A stretch of 64,000 bases of DNA from Mobula hypostoma (lineage: Eukaryota), in the NCBI RefSeq assembly GCF_963921235.1, contig NC_086100.1, positions 123,504,001 to 123,568,000 on the forward strand, in the 5' to 3' direction. Position numbers and translations under genes: made by a program. Below are positions 61,691-64,000 of the stretch, piece by piece. The notes under the pieces were generated by a model. The model ran no database searches. It saw only the letters and a program-made list of their open reading frames with translations, and had not been told where the DNA came from. Numbering within the stretch: the stretch's first letter is position 1; each line of letters opens with the position of its first letter.

Positions 61691-62589
61691 CTAGACAAAC
61701 GAGAAGGAATTGTTTGCCCAAAGCTTATGATACAGTAGCCTTATGTTTGACTTTGTTGAGACCAGTTAACTTCCAGCACATTGTTCTGTACAGTATGTCT
61801 CATATAAATGTTATAATAACATTACTTTGGTAATTCGTTTATATATTCAGCATTTTATTGTGGTCATTTGCTGATCAGCATCTTTTTTAAAGAAATAGTT
61901 ACTTCTCACACTCCAAACATGAACAGAAAAAGCTGACTTTCAGAAGAGGGTTAACAGTTAACAGTTTATGTTAACAGTTCAATACACACATGAATGCATA
62001 AGAAAAGCAGAGCTGTGTCCACCTTGGCCCTTCAGCAAAGATTCAGTACGACGTCTAATATTAAAAAAAGGGACATTTGTCATTTTCATTGAAATTATGC
62101 ACTGATACTTTGGATATTTGTATATTTTAAGAACGAACATATTACAGGAAAGTATAGGAGGATAAAGGCTTATTTCAGAGCACAGTATCCAAATAGACTT
62201 CCATACGCCTCCCTATCCTCTCTTCAAAGTTCAAAATAAATTTACTATCAAGGTATTTATACTGTACGACACCCTATACCACTTCGAGATTAATTTTCTT
62301 GCAAGCATTCACAGTAGAACAAGGAAATACAATAGCCTCAGTGCAAAAGTGCACGTAAACGAAGACTGACAAACAACTAAGAGGTGGCAATCTGTGGATT
62401 ATTCTGACACCAGGTCACCATCACCTGAAGGAGGGACTGGCACCAAGATATCACAACCAGAGGTGCAGTAGCAGGGCAGTGGGTGGTGTTCGACGATAAC
62501 AAGCAGGAGCTCTCCATCAGCCTCTAACCCTTGAGGAGCTGACTGGTTCCATCTGCTCCCTTGGCATGAATAAAGCCCTCAGAGCTTAC

Positions 62590-63377
62590 AGCTTACTGGT
62601 AGAGTTGTGGGTCTACTCTAAGGGGGTTGTTGAGTAGTGCCCTGAGCAAATTTTCCTAACCATCTGGCAGAACACCTCATCACCAGAAGTCACCAACAAG
62701 GACCCAGGCCTCAAGTGGCAGGCCGTCAGAGGGATCCTCACAATCCAACCTCTCCTGCACATGTGACATATCATCCTCAATGCATGCTACCCTCAGGACA
62801 GCTGAGGTGGGGAAGAGAGGGCCACTGAACTCTTTGCAGACTGTAGATTTGCTACAAAGATGTGGAGATAGATGCAAGTGTCCATGTCTCAGTTCATCCC
62901 CAGCAGCTGCATAACAGAGGGCTTCCTAATCTATGGGCTGCTCCCAGAGGCACACATTGAGACAGACATCAAGTCCTGCAGGAAAGTCTTCCACTTGGTG
63001 AAGGATACCCATTAGTCTGCCTAGAACTTGTTGGTCTTTCAGCACAGCAAGATGCTGTCCACTGGCACAGTCCAGGCTGTAGGACTGTTTGCAGAGGGAT
63101 GCACTGCAGCTTGGTGCAGCTAATGCTTAATCTCTGCGGGGTGTGACCGCAGTCTGGGCTCCTTCTGCTATCACACATAAAAGGGCTGAATTAGTTGGGG
63201 AATCCCCTTTAAAATTAACCCCAGAGGACCACACAAGTGGTAATGGTGATAGGTATTTCTTATGTCTTTTAAAACATTTACATTACTGAATGAAATAATA
63301 ATGAATGTAAAAAAAATTGCACAATTTCTTCTTTTGTGTATATATTCTATCGTGTATAAAGTTTAGTTTTGAAATTA
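62590..63377 (+). mobile_element. Tx1-like LINE 3' end, degraded
   Basis: SPEVTNK..WQAVRGIL..GGEERATELFADCRFATKMW resembles a decayed C-terminal zinc-finger region of Tx1 ORF2. Confidence 0.55.
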
Positions 63378-63394
63378 AGGGAAAGCCTCTTGGA

Positions 63395-63585
63395 TGAGAC
63401 ACTAATAACAGTTTTTCTTCTGGCAGCTCACGTCACACACCCACCACACTCTGTGTGAAGAAGTTTCCTCTTGGCTCCCCTTTAAATTTTTCCCTTCTCG
63501 CCTTAAGCCCATGCTGTCTAGTTTTAGACTCCCCTACCCTGTGAAAAGGTCTATTACTATCCACCTTATCCATGCCTCTCATGTT
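63395..63585 (-). mobile_element. CR1 fragment
   Basis: CCACCACACTCTGTGTGAAGAAG..CCCCTTTAAA matches 50220-50290. Confidence 0.7.
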
Positions 63586-64000
63586 CTAGAAGGATTGAAT
63601 CTGCTGCACCAAACTGTTATATCATTATGTTATTTGTTATCTGTTATTTTTATCTTCACTCTGGTTCAGTCACACCTCCTTTGGGATCCACGTATATCCT
63701 CCACATCTGACTTGCTTTTGAGACCTCACATTGTTTGACCTGCAAATCAAAACTGAAAAAAATATGCCTTTAGAATCTACTGCCTGGAGATCTCCTACCC
63801 CAGAAGCATTAGGGGTTCCTGAGTAACAAGAAGATGGAGTGGATCATAATAATTTAAATGACCAGGTTTCATAAAATGCAGTGGTTGATGGTGGAAGCGT
63901 AGCTGGTGCAAGTGTTGAAGAAGCACTCAGACAATCAGTCACTTTTAGGTCCACTTGTAGAATTGGACCTAAATACTTCAATATCAGGTCAATTGAAACC

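Overview
This is eukaryotic DNA dominated by transposable elements. The repeat set (CR1, Rex1/Babar, V-SINE-like elements, hammerhead-bearing Penelope-type repeats) suggests a cartilaginous fish, probably a ray; that is an inference. The window is most likely intronic or intergenic. I recognise no intact host gene, only two weak candidate micro-exons on the minus strand. Main contents: (1) a two-LTR Gmr1-type Ty3/Gypsy element with a SCAN-like gag and a collapsed pol (1333-5518); (2) an L1-clade LINE flanked by a ~656-bp direct duplication and carrying three nested insertions (9626-17986); (3) a hAT MITE whose arms contain an inverted-duplicated Tc1 transposase fragment (22461-22895); (4) a Charlie/Buster-type hAT and a Chapaev3 element; (5) an 11.4-kb nest (37843-49281) in which an old Gypsy holds a Tigger, a CR1, SINEs and a full-length RTE, which in turn holds a solo LTR; (6) many CR1, Rex1, Tx1 and SINE fragments. 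The most interesting signals are RNA-structural: a predicted HDV-like self-cleaving ribozyme whose cleavage site coincides with the RTE 5' end (40800-41010), and back-to-back minimal hammerhead cores in a 231-bp palindromic insert (15616-15846). Boundaries defined by a target-site duplication (TSD) were read by eye; the others are approximate. Family names come from motif recognition, not database searches.
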